DNA from: Balanoglossus misakiensis
Taxonomy: Eukaryota > Animalia > Hemichordata
Length of the DNA: 64,000 nucleotides
Direction: 5' to 3'
Assembly: GCA_040954595.2 (NCBI GenBank)
Contig: CM082578.2
Coordinates: 2,586,831 to 2,650,830, forward strand
Shown here in pieces: positions 40,101 through 52,800 of this stretch. A program made the translations under genes and the position numbers. How positions within the stretch are numbered: the stretch's first letter is position 1; each line of letters starts with the position of its first letter. The notes beneath the pieces were generated by a model. The model ran no database searches. It was not told the DNA's origin and was given only the letters and a program-made list of their open reading frames with translations.

Positions 40101-41809
40101 TGCATTCAACGTCTTATAACTAAGCATGAATATATGGTGCTGGCATAATGTGAGTGTGGCCATACGGTGCTTTCGCTATTAATGAACAACTTGTACGTTA
40201 ACAAATGTCAGTTTTGTTGGCAAAAAGTATGTTTTTGGCTTTTCACAACATTGAACATACATTCATAGTTCAATAACTTGTGAATTGTGGACCTAAACGT
40301 TCATACGTTCAATGTTCTGGTGTTTTTTAACGGAGCGGTCGGTCACGATGTTACCAGCGAGCATGTACAGTCTAAACTAAATCCTCGTTGTGTATGTTTA
40401 TTTGTTTGTTAGTTTGTTTGATTTTGTTGTTTTTTACATGCTATTACATACAAATATGAAAAGTTTCATTTCAGTTATTCATTAAAATGCAAACATTTGT
40501 CAAAAAACATATGAATAGACACCTGACAGGCCAAAGTCGTATCTGTAGCTTTCAGTTGTCAATTTTAGCATGACATCATGACTAATTAAGCTAATTTTGT
40601 ATATTTTCCATGCTGCACCTTGTCTGACAAGGTAAACGATTGCATATTTGAATTCCTTGACCCTGAAAACATTGGAATAGACACCTCACTTAACACCGTT
40701 GGCTCTCTTTTGTAGACCCATTGATTTTAGATGGGCGTGTCACCTAATTAACATAAATTAGCATTTTTACCAATTCACCAAATGTTTCTAAATTAAACAA
40801 ATTGTTTAAAAATATTTAAATGAATATAAGAATATGATTTCAATAGACTATTATGGTGTTGACCTGTGATATTGCACCATAATGGCTACAAACAGCGTTT
40901 TCTTTTAGGTATTTTGAAATTATGACGTCACAAATTAATTTGCCATTTTCGACATGAAAACGTGAAAAGAATTTTTGGGAACAGGCAAATTCGAAGTCAG
41001 CGTATTCGAAATATCCAAAAACAACTTGTTCCCAGCTTGTACCAAAAAAATGAATGACATGCTTTTAAAATGCTCATTTTCTGAAATTTCCACCTGGACC
41101 TAATTAACATAAATTAGCATTTTACCAATTCACAAAATGTTTCTAAATTAAAAAAATTGTTTAAAAATATTTAAATGAATATAAGAATATGATTTCAATA
41201 GACTATTATGGTGTTGACCTGTGATATTGCACCATAATGGCTACAAAAAGCGTTTTCTTTTAGGTATTTTGAAATTATGACGTCACAAATTAATTTGCCA
41301 TTTTCGACATGAAAACGTGAAAAGAATTTTTGGGAACAGGCAAATTCGAAGTCAGCGTATTCGAAATATCCAAAAACAACTTGTTCCCAGCTTGTACCAA
41401 AAAAATGAATGACATGCTTTTAAAATGCTCATTTTCTGAAATTTCCACCTGGACCTAATTAACATAAATTAGCATTTTACCAATTCACAAAATGTTTCTA
41501 AATTAAAAAAATTGTTTAAAAATATTTAAATGAATATATGAATATGATTTCAATAGACTATTATGGTGTTGATCTGTGATATTGCACCATAATGGCTACA
41601 AACAGCGTTTTCTTTTAGGTATTTTGAAATTATGACGTCACAAATTAATTTGCCATTTTCGACATGAAAACGTGAAAAGAATTTTTGGGAACAGGCAAAT
41701 TCGAAATCAGCGTATTCGAAATATCCAAAAACAACTTGTTCCCAGCTTGTACCAAAAAATGCCTGACATGCTTTTAAAATGCTCATTTTCTGAAATTTCC
41801 ACCTGACTA
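37161..41809. mobile_element. Non-autonomous TIR element with TAG...CTA ends and 3-bp TSD (Academ-like)
   Basis: TAGTCAGGTGGA / TCCACCTGACTA ends. TSD TTA at 37158-37160 and 41810-41812, confirmed by the uninterrupted sister repeats (GTACAGCTTAGGTGTTTGG). Contains an internal inverted repeat (~37755-37990 vs ~39680-39918). Confidence 0.85.
40742..41809. repeat. 356-bp tandem triplication of the element's right end
   Basis: ACCTAATTAACATAAATTAGC recurs at about 40742, 41098 and 41454, and each unit ends with AATTTCCACCTG. Confidence 0.9.
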
Positions 41810-43272
41810 TTAGGTGTTTGGGTGGATGGTATGAAAATAAGAAGCCAAAATTTAGGGTCACCTGTGATTCCTGCCTAACTCATTAATTATGTGCATACCT
41901 AATTCTAGGCGAACCAAGGGGGCTACAGGTCTGGTGTTTGTTGGATATGTACCACTATGGGGTCAAATGTTTTTGCCCACATTTTGGGTGACCTTGGGTG
42001 ACCTTTGACCTACTTCCTCATATCGCGGCATCCAGAGCAGGTACAGCTTAGGTGTTTGGGTGGATGGAACCAAAATAAGAAGCCCAAATTTAGGGTCACC
42101 TGTGACACCTGCCTTACTCATTAATTATGTGCATACCTAATTCCAGGCGAACTAACAGGACTACAGGTCTGGTGTTTGTTGGACATGGACCAGTATGGGG
42201 TCAAATTTTCCCCCCAAATTTCGGGTGACCTTGGGTAACCTTTGACCTACTTCCGCATATCTCGGCATCCACAGCAGGTACAGCTTAGGTGTTTGGGAGG
42301 ATGGTACCAAAATAATTAGCCAAAATTTAGGACCACCTGTGACACCTGCCTAACTATGTGCATAACTAAGTACACACGAACCAATAGGGCTAGATGTGTG
42401 GTTTTTATTGGACATGGACCAATATAGTGTCAAAATTTTCTGCTCATATTTAGGGTGACCTCACATGACGTTTGACCAACTTTCCCACATCCTACACCCT
42501 GACTAATTAAATATGCACATATCTATCTCCAGGCGAACCAATAGGGCTAGCAGTGTCTCGAAACCCGCTTATTGCTGTTCACAGCTATATTTCTTATTTA
42601 TATCTTAAATTTCTCAGGATAGAACTATCAGTGATTTGAACGAAATAATTATCCAAAAGGACAGGGTAATGACTGAGCAGGTAGGCATAAAATAGTTGCA
42701 CAGATTAGATTGTATTTTTTATACATCAGTGAGGTCTTCATCATGAAATCAAGGCGGTCACATATTGGTTTAGACCTGTCAAAATATTTCAGGCCGTCCA
42801 GTTATGAATATAAACCCTGGCTCCAGCCAATCAGAGACCTGGATTCATACCAAACATATTGTAATTCTAATTTATATTATTGTTATTTTCCTCTTATTTC
42901 TGTCTTGGACCTGGTAATAAGCTTAGCTTGAACGATATTGATTATTAGACCTGATTGGATGTCCTATTTATCTCATTTTCAAATTTCAGATAAATGGCCA
43001 TGATTTCAGCCGCCTTGAAAGGACGCGTTCATCTGACGTTTCCCGAGTTCCAATCTCGCCACCATCTTCTCTTCTTCTCGCACATTCTCGGCTTATTGGA
43101 GTTGCTTCAACCGTACGTGTTCCAGCAGGATACAGAACTACACACAACAATGACATCTTATTTCCACCTCATCAGGGTAAGAACTCACTACACAATTACC
43201 GGGCTATAGTCCTGTAGCCTTTTCACGGCCATCACAAACATTTTTTTCCTTCTGAGTTTGCATCCCCAGTTT

Positions 43273-46200
43273 ATTAGGGGACCAAGCGCCCTCAGGCGCT
43301 TGGTCCCCTTCTGTTATTGCTGGAGTTTTTCTTCTTTCTAATTGAGTCGTTTTTTTGCTCCCGTTTTTCTCTGAAATTCCGGCACCTGCGCCTATGAAGT
43401 TTGGCACGATGATTGGGGCCCATGAGTACTAGTGCACCTGCCCTTTGAATTTGTAAGTAGTCACGTGACTTGGTGGCTATAATCGAGCGAAATTTTCAAA
43501 TTGACCTAATTTGCACGTTAATGGGGGAATGTACATTCTTTTCGCGATTTTTGTAGACCATGTGGCCAAAATCCCCTGTGCCAAATTTCAAGGTCCTAGG
43601 CCACGTCGATTTTGAGAAGAAGATTTTTGTAATATTTTTCGCATTTTTGGTGGGCTGAGGACGGACACTTGGGCATCGGACTTTGACCGTCATTACGTAA
43701 TGTTGTGGAGATCTCATTAGCACGCTACTCACTTCTGGCGGGTTGCAGTAGTCCTTGGAAAATCGGCTGAAATACGTAAACAGACCAGTGATTATTTTCC
43801 ACGGAATGAATTTTGGGATAACACATTATCGGAGTTCAGGCTGTGTTAGGGCGTTTTATTGAATTACGCTGAGTTTGTTAGCTGTTGCCGTTCAAATGTT
43901 TCTATCTAGACCCGGCTACACTGGTTAACATTCAATGTAATGCGGCGGCGGACTTTGACCCTCAGTCGCTAATGTGGCCGAAATACGTCAGCAGACCAAT
44001 GATTTTCTTGCACAAAGGGAGTATGGTACCAGCAATAATCAGAGATCAGGCTTCTTTGCCGTTCAACAGTTCCTACTTCAGTCGTGACGTTGCAACTGAA
44101 CGTTCAGTATGGGGGTCGGCCCACAGGTGGCCGTGGGGGTTATCAGGTCACCCGTAATGGCACGCAGCTTCATGCAGATGTATGGGACCAAAATACTAGC
44201 AGACCAATGATTTTCTTGCACGAAGGGAGTATGGTACCAGCAATAATCAGAGATCAGGCTTCTTTGCCGTTCAACAGTTCCTACTTCAGTCGTAACGTTG
44301 CAACTGGACGTTCAGTATGGGGTTCGGCCCGCAGGTGGCTGTGGGGGTTATCAGGTCGCCCGTAATGGCACGCAGCTTCATGCAGATGTATGGGACCAAA
44401 ATACTAGTAAGACGCCCGATTCGGGGGTCACCTGTGACACATGTGTAACTCAATTATGTGCATGCGTAATTGTGGAGTCAATGAAAGGGATGCTAGCGTG
44501 GTATTTGTTGCACATGGATCAATTTGAAGTCCGATTTTCCTGTCAAGTTATGGGCGACATTATGTGACATTTCACCTACTTTTGCTTAGTGAGCATCCAC
44601 AGCAGATGCATGCAGCTTTGGCGTTGGGGGTGGGGGGGGGGCATATACGGATGGGACCATAATGATATACCAAAGGCGGGGTCCCCTGTTGCACCTGCCT
44701 AAGTCATTGATTTTGTACATTTAATTGGACACTAACACCAACAGGGCAATTGGTGTGGTTTTTGTTCCACAGGGACGAATGTAAGTGTCAGTTTGTTTTT
44801 GCCCAAATGTATAAGTTGATTTGGATGCAGCTGTATGGGACCAAAATAATACGCCCGATTTGGGGGGTCACCTGTGACACCTGCGTAACTCAATTATGAG
44901 CATGCGTAATTGTGGGGTCAATGAAAGGGATGCTAGTGTGGTATTTGTTGCAAATGGATCAATATGAAGTCCGATTTTCCTGTCAAGTTAGGCTGCATTC
45001 ACAAAATCCTCAGGAGGGGGGGTGGGGCAAGAGAATTGAGGGGGGGATTTGAACTAATTTAGGGACTGAAAGGGGGGGGACTTGAAAACTTTGACGACTA
45101 AATATTTATTTTGAGTCCACAAAAATGCAGTTTCGCGCCCTTTATTTTACAACATTTTCTAATGGGGGAGGGGGACACCCCCTCCCACACCCACCCCCTC
45201 CATTCATCAACACCTTTCAATCATTGATTGGTTTATCTAGTGTCCCAGGTTTGGGGACTTGCCCCAACCCCATGACTCTGAGCGTCGACGGTTAAATTTG
45301 TCCTCCCCAACATACCGGTAGTTGAGTTAATTTGCCTTTGCCGGGTTCATTAAAATGCAGCTTTGAGCTCTGTATTTTATAAAATTTTCTTACGTGCACA
45401 CGCTCCCAAACCCACCCCCTTCAATTCTCGGTTTACAATGTCTCCCAACACAGGATACAAATACTTAAAAAATGGGAGCGCTGTTTTTCTTTTTTTACAA
45501 GATAGATACTAGGTGATCTGTTTTGCTCTGTGAAAGAAAATGGGGAGGGGGGGATTTCAAAATTTTGGCAGTTCGGAAGGGGGGGATTTGAAATTTTTCG
45601 GGTTGTGTACGGGGGGCATGTGAAAATTAGCGGTAAAAAAATTGAATTCTCCCCCCCCCCTCAATAGGTGTTTGTGAATGCAGCCTTATGGGCGATCTTA
45701 TGTGACATTTCACCTACTTTTGCTTAGTGAGCATCCACAGCAGATGCATGCAGCTTTGGCGTGGGGGGGGGGGGGGGCATATACGGATGGGACCATAAAG
45801 ATATACCAAAGGCGGGGTCACCTGTTGCACCTGCCTAAGTCATTGATTTTGTACATTTAATTGGACACTAACCAACAGGGCAATAGGTGTGGTTTTTGTT
45901 CCACAGGGACGAATGTAAGTGTCAGTTTGTTTTTGCCCAAATGTATAAGTTGATTTGGATGACCTCTGTCGTACAGTGCCATATCTCAGCCCGTTGTACA
46001 AGTGCAGCTTTGGTATTCGGAGCGAAACTATCATGAAATGCCAAATACAGGGTGATACCTGCGACACCTGCTTGATTCATGTATTACGTGCATACCTAAT
46101 GGTAGGCAAAGTGAAAGGGCTGCAAATGTAGGATTTGTTGCACATGACATAAACAGGAATGAACATTTTTTGTCAAATTTTTGGGTGACCTCAGGTTTCC

Positions 46201-46660
46201 ATTGACCTGCTTTCCATATGTTAGCACGCACATCATATATAGCCAGGTGTTTGGAGGGGTAGGGTAGGACCCTCTGCGTCATGAAATGCTAAATTTTAGG
46301 GGCTACCTGTAACTTACTTGCGTAACTCATTATTATGGCCATATCTAATTTGACAAACCCAAACAGCGAGGATTTTCTGTTGTCTTGAATATGAACCAAA
46401 TAAGAATCCTAATTTTTGGCCCAATTTTTGGATACCCTCAGCTGACCTTTGAGGTAACTGAAGTACTTACAACGTAGAAGTTCACCTTGGTTGTTGTGTT
46501 TGTACTTGTAAGACATCCATTTCGGGTGGTTGCCTACTTCCCCATATCTCCACATCCAGAGCAAATACAGCCTACGCATTTGAATGGTACAACCCTGAAT
46601 GGAGTCTAATGGTTATTAACTCTATGCTTGGGCCCCTTCAACGCTGCTTGCAGCTTTAAT
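43273..46660 (+). mobile_element. Helentron-type non-autonomous element, family A copy 2
   Basis: Highly similar to 30149-32188 with the same terminal hairpins. Expanded by internal duplications (about 208 bp near 43990-44406 and a larger one from about 44390) and by a MITE insertion. Confidence 0.85.
44991..45685. mobile_element. PIF/Harbinger-type MITE
   Basis: 15-bp TIR GGCTGCATTCACAAA and TTA TSD. The empty site CAAGTTATGGGCG is visible in the sister repeats near 31211 and 44544. Confidence 0.88.
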
Positions 46661-46983
46661 TTTATTTGTTCTCTGAATTTTTTTGGGCAAATGTATGAAA
46701 GACTTTTAGTTCAAAAGTGAATCAGTACAAGTACAGACCTCTGGGACCAGAAAATATGTCCTTAATAGACAGGTAATATTCTATTCAAACTGTTACTTTT
46801 GTCTTGAATTTTTATAAACCTCCGTCATGCTACGTTTAACTGTAAAGAACAAGATTTTTATTACTTTAACAAAATCTATAATAATGCCAAAATGTAGGAG
46901 ACAATGCAAGTTACACCGTTTTTTGGGGTGTAATTTGCAAGTTGGCGTATCTTGTGTAACTCAAGTAAGCCCTGAAAACGGAA

Positions 46984-49010
46984 TTACTCGTGCTTTAAAA
47001 TGTCCTGTGTATAAGAGTCCTTAGCTCTAGAATGTACGTAATGCTCCATGAAAACAGACCTTGTCTTCCAGCGGCCTATCTTCATGACAATGTCAGGATC
47101 ACAAGCCGTATCAATAGCTACTGTGGCTCCCGTTGGCCTGAAATCCTTTGCTGTGTAGCCACCCCCACCGAGACCAGCTAATTTTATAGCCTCCTCCATG
47201 ATTTTGGAAACAGTGGGTGCTGTAATAGCTTTAAATGGGGGGGGTTAAGTGATAAAAACACCGGTTTATCAACCACAGGTCTATATCCTTGTGTTCTTTC
47301 AATGTAGCTGTGCAGTGTATGCACTGGGTCAAGTTTTCGCTCTACGCTACTGGGAATAGTGACCTCAAAACCACTTCTAGAAGTGTCATTTTTGATACCA
47401 TGAAATGTAACTGTTAATTTGCCATCTTTAGCAAAAATGAGATTATCTGTAGAAAATACCATTGGTTTTGAAGTATTGGATGCTGCATCAAAATATACAC
47501 TCTTAGGTGCAATGTCTGATGGACGCAGCATTAATGTCAGAGCAAGTAAAGTTATTGCCTTCAAACGCAGGTCTTTGATTGACAGTTCGTGATTGTCTGG
47601 CCAGCCCATGAATAAACCCCTAAATGAGGCAATGGGCATAACCAGTCCCTGTTCACTCCATGAATGGAGACGTGTTAAATTGTACTGCACATGCTCAGAA
47701 ATAAATTTGCATATCCCGCGAAGTTCGCAAGTGAGTATCACTCGCTGATTTGTTTACACGTAGACTTCGGTGATTTTAGACCTTATGGAGCGGCAACTTC
47801 GGGAAATTTCGATGTGTGACGTTACTAGCACATTCCAGAAGACAGCATGGCATCGTCTGTACAAGATGAGTGAAATACTTAGAAAGATATCGCCACATAC
47901 AGTGACCAATCTGACTGGGCTGCGTCCATGTTTTTCTCTTGAAATCATCGACAGTGTTATACACCTCTGTATCAATGCTGTCCTAGTGACTTTTTCACAC
48001 CCGTTCTTTTTGTTTTGAGTGAATAGGATAGTCAACTAACTACTGCTGGACAATGGGCGCGAGTTTCATGGCTCTCACATGATGGGGTAATTTGGGGTAA
48101 CATTTTGAAAATACCATGTCATGTTCAGAACGCGGATAGGGTGTATGTACATGTGAACAGTGATACATGTACATGTGGGGAAGCGTTAAAATGCGGGTTG
48201 CGGGCCGCGGGTTGCCGATTGCGGGTTGTAAAATATCGTTGTGTTTTGTTAATAAAAGAATAATAATGTTATATGTCGAAAGAAACGATCAAATGATTGC
48301 TTCCCAGAAGTTTAATTTGCGCCACAACTCTGGCAGCGGACTTTGACCCTCACACTCACTACTAGTGTGCGAGGTCTCATTAGCATAATCCCAGTCACTT
48401 CCAGCGGGTAGTACTCGCTGAAATACGTAAACAGTCCAGTGAGTTTTTCACGAAAGGAGTTTTGGGACCAGAAATAATCAGAGTTCAGGCTTGTATAGGT
48501 CGTTTTATTGAATTACGCTCACTTTGCTTTCTGTTGCCGTACATGTGTGGGTCAGAAATTTAACACGTCTCCATTTATGGAGTGTACAGGGAATGTTGTA
48601 CGCATGTGCACATCTGAGTTCACGAGGTTAAAGGTACTGCGTTTGCGCAGAACACGTCTCCATTTATGGAGTGAACAGGGACTGATAACCTTTGAGTGTT
48701 TCATAGGTTCTGTTGTACTTGATTTTACAAGGCTAGAAACAAGACAATGTAATTATGGGTCACTAGTCAACTTTGAGTGACCTAACGCATCACTAAGACA
48801 TGATATTGCCGCCATAGCACATTTAAGTTGAGAGCACGGCTTATTAGAGGAATCAGCAATGTAACACAAAAACTCTGCTAAAACTGCAGTAGACTGAGGT
48901 GGAAAAGGTACACCATTGTCTAAACAAAAATTGTGCAATTTTCGCAATAGATTGTTGTACAAAGAAAGTGTTGAAGGCGCCCAAGCAAACTGAATTTGGG
49001 TTGCGGCCCG
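46984..49010 (-). pseudogene. DIRS tyrosine recombinase, split by the 47643-48684 insertion
   Basis: N-terminal SAM-like region (VLAEFLCYIAD), then LMLRPSD, HGIKND, KDFRPTGAT, IGRWKT, MEHY. Stop at 48753 and frameshift near 47220. Confidence 0.88.
47643..48684. mobile_element. Non-autonomous CAG-ended TIR element with 5-bp TSD (hAT5-like)
   Basis: 34-bp TIR CAGTCCCTGTTCACTCCAT(G/A)AATGGAGACGTGTT. TSD ATAAC at 47638-47642 and 48685-48689. Removing it restores the recombinase frame KHSKVMPIASF. Confidence 0.9.
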
Positions 49011-49865
49011 CTCTGACCATCATACTGACTGTAATCTTGATTTCCAGCTATTCTCCAAGCATACAAACGCCAGCGACGATTCCGCAGTGGTTCTGGTCTT
49101 GGTCCCTGTGCCCAGATTGTCCGTGGGGAATTCGGTAAAGGCATCGCTGGGGCTACTGACATCTGCTGTAACTGTTGAAACCATGCCTGAGCTGGCCAAT
49201 ATGGTGCGATCACAGTTGCCTGTGCACGCTGCCATTTCACTACATCTAGTACTCTTGGTATTAGGTGAAACGGCGCATTGACAAAGTTGTTGTGTTGGTT
49301 CCAGTCCTGTTGACTTAGAGCGTCTATCCCACTGGACATTGGGTCGAAGAACTGACTGTTGTAAATTTCCAACTGACTGTTGTGCATACTTGCGAACCGG
49401 TCTATAGTATGGGGACCCCATATGCGGTCGATATATTGAAACAGGCCTGGGTGTAGTTGCCATTCGTATTTTGAGTATATTCGAGACAACCTGTCTGCAT
49501 GCTGATTGTCTATTCCAGCTAGATACTTTGCTGTCAGGGTTATGTCTAACTCAAATGCTTCTAGCCACACTGCTGTTGCTAGTTGAGTAAGTTGGGGACT
49601 TGGTCCTCCTAAGTAATTCACATAGGCGGTCGCTGTAATATTGTCTGTCAGCACTTGCACTGTCTTTCCTCGTAATATTGTCCCAAATGACTTCAGAGCC
49701 AGAAGAATGGCCATCAGTTCTCTGTAGTTCGACGGCATCAGACTCATGCGACGATTCCAAAGTCCTGATGCTTCCTGATCCTTGCAGGCTGCTCCCCAGC
49801 CTGTCTGTGAGGCATCTGTTTCTACCTGTGCCTCTACAGGTTTGGTATGTATAGCCCGGCCATTC

Positions 49866-52800
49866 CAGTGTTTTCTCCAGGATTTTGAAAAAAGGGGGGC
49901 ATGTCCCCCGCTAGTTCAAAAAAAGGGGGGGATCTGGTTCAAAATAGGGGGGATTGCAATTTGCATAATTTATGCATAAATTATGCAAATTAGTAATGTC
50001 AAGAAAGGACTATTTTGGGTGATACTAACAGCCTTTATTCTATGTCAAAACAGTATAACTAAAAGTATATTACAAATACAACATAACAGTATAACCATAT
50101 TTACATATTTACAAGAAGTTTTTTTGTTTTTCACTTCCTCTGACACTGACTTCAATAAAGTTGACACTGACAGTGCTTTTCAAGCTTGACTGCTACTACC
50201 TGACACAGCATGCACAGAGAATATTCTCCTTGACTTTGCATTTTTCCACAACTTTAAGGCTTTCTCCCCATTGAATTCTAACAGTGGTGGGCCCTCTATA
50301 AGAATGGTCAGAAGCCTGTTAATGGCACTTTCTTCTAGCCTGTTTCTCAAAGATGTTTTCACTTTATTTTGGGCGGAAAATCCCCGTTCACATATAGCCG
50401 TATTTACAGGCAGGACAACAGCAATCTTTGCCAGTACAATCAAATTTGGTACTGTGTCCTTGTGGTTGGATTGCACAAATTTCCACAAAGTGACAAAATC
50501 ATCCCTGGGGTAGGCCTGCTGTAATACCAGAGATTTGATGACTGACCATTCATACCTAGTTTCGTCTGGTTTGATGATTGGAGAACAGACTTGCCCTTCC
50601 TTGTTTATTCTTTCAGTGCCGAAGTGCGCAATCAAAATCTCTAATTTATCATTTCCATGATTAGATAACTGCTCTTTAGCAACAAATGAAATATCTCTCA
50701 TGGCAAGGACATCAAATGCTGATATTACTCCAGTACCCTCTGTTGGAAATCTGGTCTTGATATTATCGATCAAATTACCAACAAAGGCAGCCTTTACATC
50801 ACTCACAAGTTTCTCTTGCTTTCCCTTGTTGACAATGTTATGCCCCATTAATGTACAGTTATTGTCTGTGTCCAAGTCTTCAGCCAGTTTGCTGGTGTAG
50901 AAACCTGTCACTGTGCCGTCTTTTATCTGCGTCAGTTGATCGATTGTAGTGGCTACTGTTGGCTGTATTGCTGCAATATCTATGCTATCCTTCTGAAAGA
51001 TCAGATTGAGTCGTGTCACGATCGGTATCACGTCCATCAGAAAATACATGACCGCGAGGAATTTGTATTGCGTCAACTTGTTGTACAAACCCACCGCCTT
51101 TGGATCTTTCGATGAACTCTGCCCGTCAAAGTAGGTCACTAATGCGTTCCATGACCTGTACACAGTTTGAAGCGCGTCGTAGAACGCAAACCATCGTACG
51201 TCGTGGATTTCCTTCACCTTCAGACGCGGACTCTCCAACATGTCTTCTACTTCTTTCAGGCGCGATGACCGTAGCGACGATTGCTTGAAATAGTAGAATA
51301 AATTTGTCAGAATAGTCTTGTATTCTTTCAAGTACTCCACGCTCGACGCCGCTTGACTTGTGCACAGTGCGAGACGATGAGCCACGCAATGAATATTGAG
51401 AAGGAACGGATTTACGTCCTTCAACTTGGCACTGACACCGTTCTTAGCGCCAGTCATAACCGATGCGCCGTCACTTCCAAATCCGATCATTTTCGCCTTT
51501 TCTAACCGGTTTTCATCTACGGTTTCGATAAGTTTTTCTGTCAAAGACGAAGCATCTTTCTCCACGATGTAAAAATCTCCCAGGAAGTGCGACGCAACAT
51601 CGAAATTTCCGGTCACACAACGGACATACACAACCAGTCTTCCCGATGTTGAAATGTCTGTGCTCTCGTCGGTCAATAAACTGTAAAATTCACAGTTTTT
51701 AATTTGTTCTACAACGTCCGCTTTGATGGTGTCAGCGATGGCCTGTTGTAGTTCTTCCGCGGTGGTGTGGGATCGATAAGTCGCGTTTTTGCCGGCATCG
51801 AGATGATTGACCGGTTCGCACCGTGCAGCCGTCAGCAAGTCCAGAAGCGATGCATATTTGTCAGTGGCCACGGCTTCCTTCGCGAGCCAATACACGGCCT
51901 TCATGGCGACTAGTATAGCATCTTCTTTCTGTGTTACGGCATTTGAGACTGCAGTCTTTAAATTCGACCGAAGTGACATTTCTACTAAGGCATCTTTATG
52001 TTTACCGTTCTCGGCGTGGCGGCGTAGGGTAGACGTTCGGAAATTGGTGCACCCTTTCTCGGACGTAAATGAGTTGTCTTTACCTGCATCTCGGCATACT
52101 TTGCACCGCATTCCATGATCGCCTTCGGGTTTTTCCAGCCAGGGATAAACTCTCTGCCAACAGTCTTGCCAACGCGATTCCTTTTTCCTTTTTTTCGTAG
52201 AGAGTTGTCCGCCATCATCATCGGAATCGGAATCGACTTCATCACACGTTTTTTCCGTCCCTAAGTTTTCACTTTCAGCGGCCGTTCCAACAGTCTGTAC
52301 ATCTCTCGAAACATCAGTGAATGGCACATCACAATTAGATTGTTGATCGTTTTTTTCCGTTAGAGACGAGCCTTCGCCAGAGCCATGTTTGAAAAAAGAA
52401 GTAATAAGGCGATTTCGTTTCATGTTTCGGAGAATTAGGAGCGTCAACTGCACGTGGCTGATGATCGTCAAATACTGAAGCGTTATGCGCCACGCGCCAA
52501 GTTTTACTTTTAATTAATAAAATTGATCCATTTTATCTTTCATTCCACTGCCCGTCGCCCCATGCATGGCGCCCATAGAGCAATAAACCAGTCTAAACGT
52601 ACGTTTTTTATTCAGGATGTGGAAGACTACAAGGGGAGTATCAGTGGACACAAGATCAGATTAACATCTATTTATTTTTACAAAAAAGACACCGACTACA
52701 TTGGGTATAAAATGATCATTTATTTTATTACAGAGCATGCAGAGTGAGTGAAATGAAGCAAACCAGATGGCAAGCTTCGCCACACGCCTCGACTGTCATG

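Larger units (their letters stand above)
36013..42591 (+). mobile_element. Helentron-type non-autonomous element, family B, interrupted by a nested TIR element
   Basis: 5' hairpin AGGGTTTCGAGACC-CTCT-GGTCTCGAAACCCT. 3' sub-TIR GTCTCGAAACCC plus GCTGT-TC-ACAGC stem-loop. Internal tandem repeats of about 235 bp at 36720-37160 and 41810-42550. Confidence 0.8.

Noticed and set aside
34480-42550. Regularly spaced repeats as a possible CRISPR-like array
   Set aside because: The units are full tandem copies (about 169, 235 and 356 bp) without unique spacers, in eukaryotic TE context and with no cas genes.
50271-52245. Antisense and alternate-frame ORFs over the hAT transposase (similar ones overlap the LINE, DIRS and Tc1 ORFs)
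   Set aside because: These are shadow ORFs of real coding sequence with no independent motifs.
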